Notes under the pieces: model-generated
What the model saw: only the letters and a program-made list of their open reading frames with translations
The model's database searches: none
Told to the model about the DNA's origin: nothing
Source: Gemmatimonadaceae bacterium
GTDB taxonomy: Bacteria > Gemmatimonadota > Gemmatimonadetes > Gemmatimonadales > Gemmatimonadaceae
Reading direction: 5' to 3'
Length of the DNA: 23,610 bases
NCBI GenBank assembly: GCA_033763905.1
Contig: JANRJP010000074.1
Span: forward strand, 1 to 23,610
Made by a program: the position numbers and the translations under genes
Part shown: positions 1-8,231 of the stretch, one piece after another
Layout: the number at the start of each line of letters is the position of its first letter
Position numbering within the stretch: position 1 is the stretch's first letter

Positions 1-471
1 CGTCACCGTCCCCGGTGCCACGCTCAGGGTGATCGCCCCACCCGTCACGACGATCGGCAGCGTTCCGGTCGTCGGGGCGACGACCACCGGCACCGTCACC
101 GCGACGCCAGTGCCGATGTTCGCGGTGGACTGCCCCGAGGCGATGAGCACATCGGAGCTGTCGTAGATCGCCAGCTGAATCACGCGGGCCTCGCCGCGCG
201 GCACTTCCAGCTCGACGCGCGCGGTGTCGTTGACGAATCGCACGCTCGCGGTCACCGGCGTCTCAATACCAGGCCCAGTCACGACGACATCCAGCCGTTC
301 ACCGGTGAGTTGCACGGTGTTGTCGGCCTGCCGAATGTCGAGCAGTACGGCCACGCCGCGACCGGGCGAGACCGGCTCGAAACACGCGGTCAGCAACACG
401 CCGACGAGGACGGACCACAGCCCCCGCGCGACGCGCGCCGGGTACCTCGGATATCTGACAACGGAAATCAC
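1..471 (-). CDS. Putative surface lipoprotein with beta-rich/Ig-like domains; 5' part only, runs off the window
   Basis: Not in the ORF track; translated by hand. GTG at 471, just inside an in-frame TAG at 475-477: MISVVRYPRYPARVARGLWSVLVGVLLTAC-FEPVSPG... Lipobox LTAC (Cys30), then V/T/G-rich beta-strand sequence (RLDVVVTGPGIETPVTASVRFVNDTARVELEVP), open to base 1. Confidence 0.75.
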   Translation of the reverse strand, partial: MISVVRYPRYPARVARGLWSVLVGVLLTACFEPVSPGRGVAVLLDIRQADNTVQLTGERLDVVVTGPGIETPVTASVRFVNDTARVELEVPRGEARVIQLAIYDSSDVLIASGQSTANIGTGVAVTVPVVVAPTTGTLPIVVTGGAITLSVAPGTVT

Positions 472-610
472 GCGCTAAATCCCGCGATTTGGTTCCCCCC
501 TGTCAAGGAACTAGATCACCAAAAACGGGTTCGTGACCGAGGTCACAGCCCCTCGGCGGGTATACATTTCCGGGGTTACGCCCCAGCCGATTCTCGAGCC
601 CTGCCTGTTT

Positions 611-2719
611 ATGGCCACCGCTGCCCGCTCCGCCCCCAAGAAGGTCGCCGGTCTGTCCCGCGACCAGCTCCTCGCCGCCTACCGCACGATGTACCTGTCG
701 CGCCGAGTCGACGACAAGGAGATCCAGCTCAAGCGGCAGAACAAGATCTTCTTCCAGATCTCGGGTGCGGGCCACGAGGCGGTGCTCACGGCCGCGGGAA
801 TGGTCTTCAAGGCCTCGTACGATTGGTTCTACACCTACTACCGCGACCGCGCGCTCTGCCTGCAGCTCGGGATGACCGCGGCGGAGATGCTGTACAGCGC
901 CGTGGGCGCGGCCAAGGACCCGAATTCCGGCGGCCGCCAGATGCCGTCGCACTGGGGCCACAAGGCGCTCAACATCGTCTCCGCCTCGTCCCCGACCGGC
1001 ACGCAGTTCCTGCAGGCGGTGGGCGCCGCCGAGGCCTCGATGCGCGCCAAGCTCTTGGGCATCACCGAAGGCTTCCAGGGCGACGAAGTCGTGTTCGTCT
1101 CCACCGGCGACGGCACCACCAGTGAAGGCGAATTCTGGGAATCGCTCAACACCGCGGCCAACCTCAAGCTGCCGGTGGTCTACCTCGTCGAGGACAACGG
1201 CTACGCCATCTCGGTGCCGGTCGAAGTGAACACGGCCGGCGGCTCGGTCTCGAAGCTCGTGTCGTCGTTCCCAAACTTCTACATCCAGGAAGTCGACGGC
1301 TGCGACTTCATTGCCTCGCTCGAAACCCTGCGTCGCGCCGTGGACTACGCCCGCGCCCGCAGGGGGCCGGCGATGGTGCACGCCAAGGTGATTCGTCCGT
1401 ACTCGCACTCGCTGTCGGACGACGAAGTGCACTACCGGCCCGACGCCGAGCGTGACGCGGACGCCGCGCGTGATCCGCTGACGACCTTCCCGGCGTGGCT
1501 GGTGTCGGAAGGCATCGCCACCGAGGCCGACATCGCCGCCATTCGCGAATCGGTGGACGCCGAAGTGCTGGCGGCGACCGATGACGCGCTCTCCCAGCCG
1601 CAGCCGGCGCCGGAGTCCAAGTACTTCGGCGTGTACTCGCCGGATGTGGACCCGACCGACGACTCCTTCGATACCGAGGACGATCCCAAGTTCAGCGGCG
1701 AGCCGACGACGATGGTCGACCTGCTCAACGCCTGTATGAAGGACGAAATGCGGCGCAACGACCGCATCGTCGTCTTCGGCGAAGACGTCGCCGACGTCTC
1801 GCGCGAAGAGTACCTGGGCAAGGTCAAGGGCAAGGGCGGCGTCTTCAAGGTGACCTGGGGCCTGCAGAAGGAGTTCGGCTCGGCGCGCGTGTACAACTCG
1901 CCCTTGGCCGAAGCGAACATCATCGGCCGCGCGATCGGCTTGGCGCACCGCGGCTACAAGCCGGTCGTCGAGATCCAGTTCTTCGACTACATCTGGCCGG
2001 CGTATATGCAGTTGCGTGACGAGCTCGCGACGATGCGCTGGCGGTCGAACAACGCGTTCAGTTCGCCCATCGTCGTGCGCACTACGTACGGCGGCTACAT
2101 CCGGGGCGCGATCTACCACTCGCAGACCGGCGCGTCGCTCTTCACGCACTGCCCCGGGCTGCGCGTGGTGTGTCCGTCGAACGCCCTCGATGCCAACGGC
2201 CTGCTGCGCACCGCGATCCGCTGCGAAGACCCGGTGATCTTCCTCGAGCACAAGCACCTGTATCGCCAGACCTACAACAAGGCGGCGAACCCGGGGCCGA
2301 ACTTCATGATTCCGTTCGGCAAGGCGAAGGTGCTACGCGAAGGCACCGACGTCACGCTGGTCACCTACGGCGCTACGGTGCAGCGCGCGCTGGTGGCGGC
2401 GAATCAGGTCGCCGAACAGGGCATTTCGGTGGAAGTGATCGACCTGCGCACGCTGTCCCCGTGGGACAAGGAGCGCGTGTTCGAGAGCACCAAGAAGACT
2501 GGCCGCGTGATCGTGGCCTACGAGGATTCGATCTCGTGGGGCTACGGTGCTGAGATCGCCGCCGCGATCGCGGACGAGTGCTTTGCGTGGCTCGACGCGC
2601 CAGTCAAGCGCGTGGCGTCGACCGACACCTTCGTCGGCTACGCCCCGCAGCTCGAAGATGCGATCCTGCCGCAGGTCGAAGACTTCGTGCGGGCGTATAC
2701 GGAGATCGCGGCGTTCTGA
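611..2719 (+). CDS. 2-oxoacid dehydrogenase E1 component, fused alpha+beta subunits, probably branched-chain (2-oxoisovalerate) type
   Basis: TPP-binding motif GDGTTSEG...EDNGYAIS; alpha loop YSHSLSDDE (BCKDH-like SDD); beta motifs [48 protein letters not shown] at 611 (MATAARS) preferred over the track's GTG at 533. Confidence 0.93.
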   Translation: MATAARSAPKKVAGLSRDQLLAAYRTMYLSRRVDDKEIQLKRQNKIFFQISGAGHEAVLTAAGMVFKASYDWFYTYYRDRALCLQLGMTAAEMLYSAVGAAKDPNSGGRQMPSHWGHKALNIVSASSPTGTQFLQAVGAAEASMRAKLLGITEGFQGDEVVFVSTGDGTTSEGEFWESLNTAANLKLPVVYLVEDNGYAISVPVEVNTAGGSVSKLVSSFPNFYIQEVDGCDFIASLETLRRAVDYARARRGPAMVHAKVIRPYSHSLSDDEVHYRPDAERDADAARDPLTTFPAWLVSEGIATEADIAAIRESVDAEVLAATDDALSQPQPAPESKYFGVYSPDVDPTDDSFDTEDDPKFSGEPTTMVDLLNACMKDEMRRNDRIVVFGEDVADVSREEYLGKVKGKGGVFKVTWGLQKEFGSARVYNSPLAEANIIGRAIGLAHRGYKPVVEIQFFDYIWPAYMQLRDELATMRWRSNNAFSSPIVVRTTYGGYIRGAIYHSQTGASLFTHCPGLRVVCPSNALDANGLLRTAIRCEDPVIFLEHKHLYRQTYNKAANPGPNFMIPFGKAKVLREGTDVTLVTYGATVQRALVAANQVAEQGISVEVIDLRTLSPWDKERVFESTKKTGRVIVAYEDSISWGYGAEIAAAIADECFAWLDAPVKRVASTDTFVGYAPQLEDAILPQVEDFVRAYTEIAAF

Positions 2720-2731
2720 GGGCCTAGGACG

Positions 2732-3568
2732 ATGAGCCACGCGTGGAAGTACGAGCGCCGCGAGTGGATGTCTTCTGCCCTCGGCCGCACGGGGCACGTG
2801 GGAGTGCTTCGACCGTCTGACGCGCGGGTTCGCGGGTCCATCTATTTCCTCCACGGAGGAAATGGCGACGACCGGCAGTGGCTGGAGTCGGACCTGACGT
2901 CGCACATGGGTGCGGACGTGCGCGCGGTGTGTGAGCGCCGCGGCATTCAGGTGATTCTGCCCGGCATCGGGATGAGTTTTCTCCGCGACCCGTCCGACGC
3001 GGCCGAACCGTCTTTTTGGCGACACTTCGTCGACGACGTCATCCCGTCGGTCGAGGCGGGTACGGAGACGACGGCCGCGTCGCGGTGGGTCACCGGCATC
3101 TCGATGGGCGGCTATGCCGCCCTCAGCGCCATGTTCCGGCGTCCCGAGCTCTTTGCGGGATGTGGCGTTCACTTTCCGGGCGTGATCGACTTCGATCCCT
3201 TCGACGCCGCAGCGCTCGACCAGTACCGAGCGCACACGGGCATTACGCCTGAGATGGCCGATGTCCTCGCGGCCTGCTTTCGCGGCAGTTTCCGCGACGC
3301 CGATGAGCTGGCGCGTCACGACCCCCTGCTGTTGCTCCGTGGGCTCGACGCCACGCGACTGCGCGGCAAGGGTCTCTACCTCGATGTCGGAACGGCCGAC
3401 GGCTTCGGACTCCAGCGGAGCTGCGACCGTCTCGCCGCCGAGTTGTCACATCGCGGCGTGCCGATCACGTACGAGCGGGTGCCGGACGGTCAGCACGATA
3501 TGGCCTTCGTCCAGGCGCGGATCGGTCGACTCTGTTCAGCGCTGCTCGGGATCGACGCCGGACCGTAG
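2732..3568 (+). CDS. Alpha/beta-hydrolase, putative esterase (PF00756-like)
   Basis: YFLHGGNG oxyanion segment, GISMGG nucleophile elbow, YLDVGTADG (Asp) and DGQHD (His). No signal peptide. Starts 12 bp after the E1 stop. Confidence 0.85.
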   Translation: MSHAWKYERREWMSSALGRTGHVGVLRPSDARVRGSIYFLHGGNGDDRQWLESDLTSHMGADVRAVCERRGIQVILPGIGMSFLRDPSDAAEPSFWRHFVDDVIPSVEAGTETTAASRWVTGISMGGYAALSAMFRRPELFAGCGVHFPGVIDFDPFDAAALDQYRAHTGITPEMADVLAACFRGSFRDADELARHDPLLLLRGLDATRLRGKGLYLDVGTADGFGLQRSCDRLAAELSHRGVPITYERVPDGQHDMAFVQARIGRLCSALLGIDAGP

Positions 3569-4690
3569 CGACGCCGGAACGGTCGCGGTCCGACGGCTGA
3601 TGGCGCGGGCCACGCCACTACGCGAGTCGACGTCGAGTTTGCGGAGGACGCGCTCCACGTGCCGGCGAACCGTGTGCCAGCTGATGCCGAGTCGCCCCGC
3701 GATCGCCTTGTCGCTCTCGCCCTCGGCGAGCAGTCGGGCAATCTCCATCTCGCGCTCGGTCAAGTCAGGCCCCAAGGCAGACGCGCGAGGAAAATGCTGC
3801 AGACGGACCACCGCGAAGGCGTCACGCAGTGGACCGTCCACACCGAGGAGGACCATCGAGGCGGTCACGGCATCGTGTTCCAATCGGGGCACCGACAGGA
3901 TGCTGCGCCCGCGGCAGAGGTGGTTCGATGGTACCCCCTGGAGCAGATCGCGCGCGCGGAGCGACGCGTCCTCGAGAAACAGCGCGCGCGCATCCGGCGC
4001 GATGCGTTGCATCACGCGCTCGAAGGCGGCGGTGCGATGCACGTACCGCCCGCGCGTATCGATCAACGCCGTCGCGTCGTCCTCGGCGTCGAGCAGCTGA
4101 ATGGCCTGCCAATGTCGATTCTCGTCTCGGGCCACCGTGCGAAGCGCCGCGCGCAGGACGGGCTCCATACACCGAAACACCGCAAGTTGACGCGCATCGA
4201 GCGTGTCACCCACGTCCTTCGTATTGTCGGCGTGCAGGTGCGCCCGGAGGTGCCGGTCATCGATGTAGATCCCGCCGCCATCACCGGCGAGGTGGTGCGG
4301 GAAATAGAATTCGTTGTACGCGACTGACTTCCGGTACTTTTCCGTCCACGCCGTTCCCGCCGCTCGGTAGCGCGAGCGGCGCGTGTAGGACGACAGGCGC
4401 AGGCGATGGCGTACGTGCACGGCTTCGTCGATGTGCCGCCAGTTGCGGGCCCAGTCCTCGAAGACCCCCGCCTCGTAGCCAATCGCGTAGGTCGCGGGTG
4501 TCACGCCGAGACCGTGGACGTCGAAATGCGCGGACTTGGCGGGAAGCAGCGCCATAACCTGCGACAGGACCTCGACTCGCCAATCGTGCAGGGTGCCGTA
4601 GTCGAAGGGACGCACGCAGGCGTCCAACGTCGCGGCGAACTTGGCCAGTTCACGCGACGTAAAGGAAAAGTGTTCGATGCGGGCACTCAT
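3536..4690 (-). CDS. LuxR-family HTH transcriptional regulator with a large N-terminal sensor region and no receiver domain
   Basis: C-terminal LTEREMEIARLLAEGESDKAIAGRLGISWHTVRRHVERVLRKLDVDSR is a LuxR HTH. PAS-like LIDTRGRYVHRT segment. GAGGA lies 5 nt upstream of ATG 4690. Confidence 0.88.
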   Translation of the reverse strand: MSARIEHFSFTSRELAKFAATLDACVRPFDYGTLHDWRVEVLSQVMALLPAKSAHFDVHGLGVTPATYAIGYEAGVFEDWARNWRHIDEAVHVRHRLRLSSYTRRSRYRAAGTAWTEKYRKSVAYNEFYFPHHLAGDGGGIYIDDRHLRAHLHADNTKDVGDTLDARQLAVFRCMEPVLRAALRTVARDENRHWQAIQLLDAEDDATALIDTRGRYVHRTAAFERVMQRIAPDARALFLEDASLRARDLLQGVPSNHLCRGRSILSVPRLEHDAVTASMVLLGVDGPLRDAFAVVRLQHFPRASALGPDLTEREMEIARLLAEGESDKAIAGRLGISWHTVRRHVERVLRKLDVDSRSGVARAISRRTATVPASLRSGVDPEQR

Positions 4691-4738
4691 TGGCGTCCTC
4701 GTGAATGTGTGGCCGCTATCGGCGATTCGCCACGGTGC

Positions 4739-5410
4739 TCATTCCCGTCCAACGGCGATCCCGACGCCGAGGACGATCCGTCCCGTCTCCTCAATCTGCA
4801 CGAGACCGTTCGGCGGGATGAGTCGAAGCCACTCGTGCCGATAGCCGAACACCGCCACCACGGGCCAACCGCGGGGGCGATACTCGAGCTGCGTCTCGAC
4901 GATGTAGCCGATGGATTCGATTTCGCTGTTTGCGCTCAGGTCCCGCACCGTGGGAATCACCGCGCCAGCGAAGGCCGCGCGGCCGCCACTGGTGCCGAGC
5001 GACTGCACCGACCGCATCCCGAATCGAGGATAGGCGAGCGACCGTCCCGTGCCGTCCGCCACCACCCGACGAATCACGTAGCCGCCTTCGAACACGAAGG
5101 TCGGGTCGCCAAAACCAACGAGCAGTTCTCCGATGGCCAGCGACCCGAGCGCGGGACCGACCGTTGCTGCCGCCGCCGGCGCGCTGGCCGATTCGACGTA
5201 GCGCACACCGAGACTCACGTACGGGGCGCGTAGCCATCCTTCGCCACCGCGCGGCGTACTCTCGGCGGCGCCGACCGCATTCCCCAACGCCACTCCCCGT
5301 CGAGCACTCTGGCCGATCCCGACCGCGGCGACTTCCCACGACGGCAACTGCGCTCGTAGCGGGAACGCGCTGCACAGCACCAGACCGCAAAGCAACAGGC
5401 CACGGCTCAT
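4739..5410 (-). CDS. Hypothetical exported protein, probable small outer-membrane beta-barrel
   Basis: Signal peptide MSRGLLLCGLVLCSAFPLRA|Q. Alternating amphipathic strands with aromatics (YVSLGVRY, FVFEGGY, YIVETQLEY, VVAVFGYRHEW, RIVLGVGIAVG at the C-terminus). ATGA overlap with the upstream gene. The barrel call is inference. Confidence 0.6.
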   Translation of the reverse strand: MSRGLLLCGLVLCSAFPLRAQLPSWEVAAVGIGQSARRGVALGNAVGAAESTPRGGEGWLRAPYVSLGVRYVESASAPAAAATVGPALGSLAIGELLVGFGDPTFVFEGGYVIRRVVADGTGRSLAYPRFGMRSVQSLGTSGGRAAFAGAVIPTVRDLSANSEIESIGYIVETQLEYRPRGWPVVAVFGYRHEWLRLIPPNGLVQIEETGRIVLGVGIAVGRE

Positions 5411-6501
5411 GGCCGCCTCCGTTCGGTGCGTCGTAGCACCGCTGTGACCGTGTATGTCGCACGACGATCGGCGGCCTCCGCGCGCGCCTGCTCGACGGCA
5501 GCGGCGTACTCGGATCGCTTCTGTGCATTGCGTTGGCGGGCGCCGACGTCGGGGACACCCGCATCACGCGCCGCCAGCAGCGTCACCGCTACTGCGAGCG
5601 CCGCGGACGATCCGAGCGCCGCGCCGTTCGACGACAGGCCGGACCGCAACGGTTCGTCGGGCCGCAATTGCGTCGCGACGGCGGCAGTGATGCCGCCAAA
5701 GACAAGGCCGCGCACCGTCGCGCCCACGAGGCCGATCGGCCGTTTGGTCTCTCGCTCCAAGGCCGTCGAGTCGAGCGGCGGCGGTGCGGTCGGCCACTGC
5801 AGCGGCGGCGCATCGATGTCCATGTCAAACTGCGCCGTGTCTGCCGCCACACTGTCTCCGCCGATCAGCAGGACCCGATGCGTCCCCGAGGGGAGCAGCG
5901 CGGCGGTGCCATCGAAGGTGGCGAGCTGCAACTCGGCGGTGTTTGTCGACGACGCGGTGCTGTCCAGCGTTCGCGCGCGTCCGGCAATGACCGCGGCGAG
6001 TTTCCAGCGCACGGGACGCGTCGCTTTCCCATCAATCCGCACACGACCATCCACCGAGACTGCTCGTTGCACGCTGTCGGCTCTCCAATCGACCACGACT
6101 TCGGTTCTGGCGACCCATTGATAGAGGTTGTCCAGACCCGCCCAGCTGTACCGCCGCTCCAGCGCCTGATTCGGCATCAAGCGAAAGCGTTGCCGCAGCA
6201 GATTCACCGCAAGCACTTCGTTGCGCGCCGCAGAGTCTTCTTCGGCGTAGGCGGCAAGTGCCGCGAGTTGCAACGCGTCGACCCGTTCGGCGACGCTCGT
6301 GCCCGTCATCGACAGCACGCTAAGCGCCGTCTTGCCGGCTTCGGCGTATCGCAGATTGTCCGCCGCATCCCTCGCCACGCGGAGCAGATCGGCCGTTGGA
6401 CGCCCCGGCTCCTTGGCCGTGGTGCTGTCCTGGGCACGAAGCGGTACCGCCGACAGGATGAGGGCGACGACCAGCGCAGGGAGCAGCGACGTATTCGTCA
6501 C
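5407..6501 (-). CDS. Hypothetical exported protein: TPR-like helical N-domain, beta-sandwich, hydrophobic Gly/Ala hairpin, coiled tail
   Basis: GTG at 6501 forms a GTGA overlap with the kinase stop. Signal peptide MTNTSLLPALVVALILSAVPLRA|Q. Helical repeats (LLRVARDAADNLRYAEA; RVDALQLAALAAY), FlgD-Ig-like FDGTAALLPSGTHRVLL, and two hydrophobic segments (GLVFGGITAAVA; GAALGSSAALAVAVTLLAA). Confidence 0.7.
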   Translation of the reverse strand: MTNTSLLPALVVALILSAVPLRAQDSTTAKEPGRPTADLLRVARDAADNLRYAEAGKTALSVLSMTGTSVAERVDALQLAALAAYAEEDSAARNEVLAVNLLRQRFRLMPNQALERRYSWAGLDNLYQWVARTEVVVDWRADSVQRAVSVDGRVRIDGKATRPVRWKLAAVIAGRARTLDSTASSTNTAELQLATFDGTAALLPSGTHRVLLIGGDSVAADTAQFDMDIDAPPLQWPTAPPPLDSTALERETKRPIGLVGATVRGLVFGGITAAVATQLRPDEPLRSGLSSNGAALGSSAALAVAVTLLAARDAGVPDVGARQRNAQKRSEYAAAVEQARAEAADRRATYTVTAVLRRTERRRP

Positions 6502-8225
6502 GGACACTCGGACTTCTTGTAGTTGAGCGGCACGCTCTGGCCCGCGGTGAGCGTGATGGTGGTATCCCACGGCACACAGCCGTTCGCGCGCACGCTGAGC
6601 GTGTGCGGAACTCCCGGGGGCAGCTTGATGGTGCGCAGGCCGGACATCGGCGTTTGTGCGGCGCCATTCACGTAGAGCACGTCGTTCTGGTCGCGTGTGC
6701 CGATACGTATCGACGCGAGCGCCGGTGGCGGCGACGGCGGTGCCACCGCGGGCACGGTTGAGTCCTTCTCCGACGCGACCGGCGGCGACTGCACTGGTTC
6801 GACCGGGCGTTGACTTGCCGTATCCTTGGCGACGACCACCGGACCACTGTTGGTAGTCGTTGGCTTCCCGGCGCCCTTGTTCTTCCTCTGGTCGTTCGAC
6901 GTCGGCGTCTTCTCATTCGTTGCCGACGACGAAACGTTGCTCGCGGTGTCTATTGGCGGCGCGACCGGCGGACGCTCCACCGGTTGGGGGTCAGCAACTG
7001 GTGGCGCACTACCTGCGGACGTGGACGTATCAGGTCGCGAAGGCGGGGTCTCGATCGCCGGCGCAGGGCGCCCCGCCATCCACGCGCCGATCGATACCAC
7101 AGCGACCACGCTCGCCACGCCGGCCCAACGCAGCATCGGCCGCCGGCCCGCCCCTCCCTCCGCGGCGACCGCGACGCCGCGAGGACCGGTCGGGACCGCA
7201 GTACTCGAGCGAGACGCGGGAATCGGGCTGACCGGTACCGACTGCCGCAGCATCGCCTCCATCCGACGATGCCGGTCGCCGCTGGTCGCCAGCGTCATCA
7301 GCTGGCTCCGGACGGCCTCGTCCTGTGCCGCTTCGGCGCGATCCAGCGTCCGCGCCACGGTATCAAGCGACGGGAATCGGTCGGCGGGCGCCTTGGCGAG
7401 CATCCGGTTGATGACCTGCGCGAGGGCCGGTGGCACATCGCGACGAATCGTTTCGACTTTGGGCGCTGGCTGGTGCAGATGCGCCGCCATCACGTCCATC
7501 ACGGACCCACCACCGAACGGTGGTTCTCCGGTGAGCATCTCGAACGCGACGACGCCCAGCGAGTACTGATCGGCCGAGCCGGTGATGCCCTCGCCTGCCC
7601 ACTGCTCGGGACTCATATACCGCGGCGTGCCCACCGTCGCGCCGGTCATCGTGAGCGGCGTTTCGACACCTGCGGCCTTCGCGATCCCGAAATCGCACAC
7701 GACCGCCGTGCCGTCATCATCGATCATGATGTTCGCGGGCTTGATGTCGCGATGGACGACGCCCTTGCGATGCGCGTAGGCGAGCGCGGCCGACACCTGC
7801 GCGACGATGCTGTGTACCATCGCGATCGGCATCGGCCCAGTCTCGGCGATGATGGAATCGAGCGGCCGGCCGTTGATGAACTTCATGATGATCGCCAGCA
7901 CGTCGCCCCGCTCCACAACCCGATGCAGCGGAATGATGTGCGGGTGCGACAAGCCAGCGATGGTCTTCGCTTCTCGGCGGAATCGATCGACCATCCCGTC
8001 GCCGTACACCAAGGCGGGCGACATCACCTTGATGGCGACTTTGCGATCCAGCACGAGCTCGTCGGCCAGATATACCGCCGCCATGCCACCGCGGCCGATG
8101 AGGCCGCGGATCTCGTACTCGCCAATGAGCGTCGTCCGGAGGGCGTCCTCGACCTGTGACCAGGCACGCTCGGCTGGTGAGCTCGCGCCGAGGCTCGGCG
8201 TCGGTGAGGGCGTCGGCGCGGTCAC
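6498..8225 (-). CDS. Membrane-anchored Hanks-type Ser/Thr protein kinase with Pro/Ser/Thr-rich periplasmic linker and C-terminal PEGA-like domain
   Basis: GRGGMAAVY, VAIK, HRDIKPAN, DFG and LTMTGATVGTPRYMSPEQ are all intact. TM helix WAGVASVVAVVSIGAWMAG, ~120-aa low-complexity linker, terminal beta domain (VLYVNG...HTLSVRANGCVPWDTTITLTAGQ). Confidence 0.93.
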   Translation of the reverse strand: MTAPTPSPTPSLGASSPAERAWSQVEDALRTTLIGEYEIRGLIGRGGMAAVYLADELVLDRKVAIKVMSPALVYGDGMVDRFRREAKTIAGLSHPHIIPLHRVVERGDVLAIIMKFINGRPLDSIIAETGPMPIAMVHSIVAQVSAALAYAHRKGVVHRDIKPANIMIDDDGTAVVCDFGIAKAAGVETPLTMTGATVGTPRYMSPEQWAGEGITGSADQYSLGVVAFEMLTGEPPFGGGSVMDVMAAHLHQPAPKVETIRRDVPPALAQVINRMLAKAPADRFPSLDTVARTLDRAEAAQDEAVRSQLMTLATSGDRHRRMEAMLRQSVPVSPIPASRSSTAVPTGPRGVAVAAEGGAGRRPMLRWAGVASVVAVVSIGAWMAGRPAPAIETPPSRPDTSTSAGSAPPVADPQPVERPPVAPPIDTASNVSSSATNEKTPTSNDQRKNKGAGKPTTTNSGPVVVAKDTASQRPVEPVQSPPVASEKDSTVPAVAPPSPPPALASIRIGTRDQNDVLYVNGAAQTPMSGLRTIKLPPGVPHTLSVRANGCVPWDTTITLTAGQSVPLNYKKSECP

Positions 8226-8231
8226 GTGCGG

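Noticed and set aside
454..463. 10-mer TCTGACAACG also present inverted at 14062-14071, near both Ig-like gene starts
   Set aside because: It has opposite orientation relative to the two genes, one copy is inside a CDS, and it is not palindromic. Chance is a sufficient explanation.
1390..1440. E1 alpha loop (YSHSLSDDE) as a substrate of the nearby Hanks kinase
   Set aside because: Eukaryotic E1 kinases are GHKL-type, not Hanks-type. The genes lie in separate convergent units, and proximity is the only link.
503..2257. 584-aa minus-strand ORF and other long antisense ORFs (10108-12078, 14419-16143, 18857-20602, 6810-8159)
   Set aside because: They mirror well-supported genes, lack motifs, and are expected from stop-codon scarcity in high-GC DNA.
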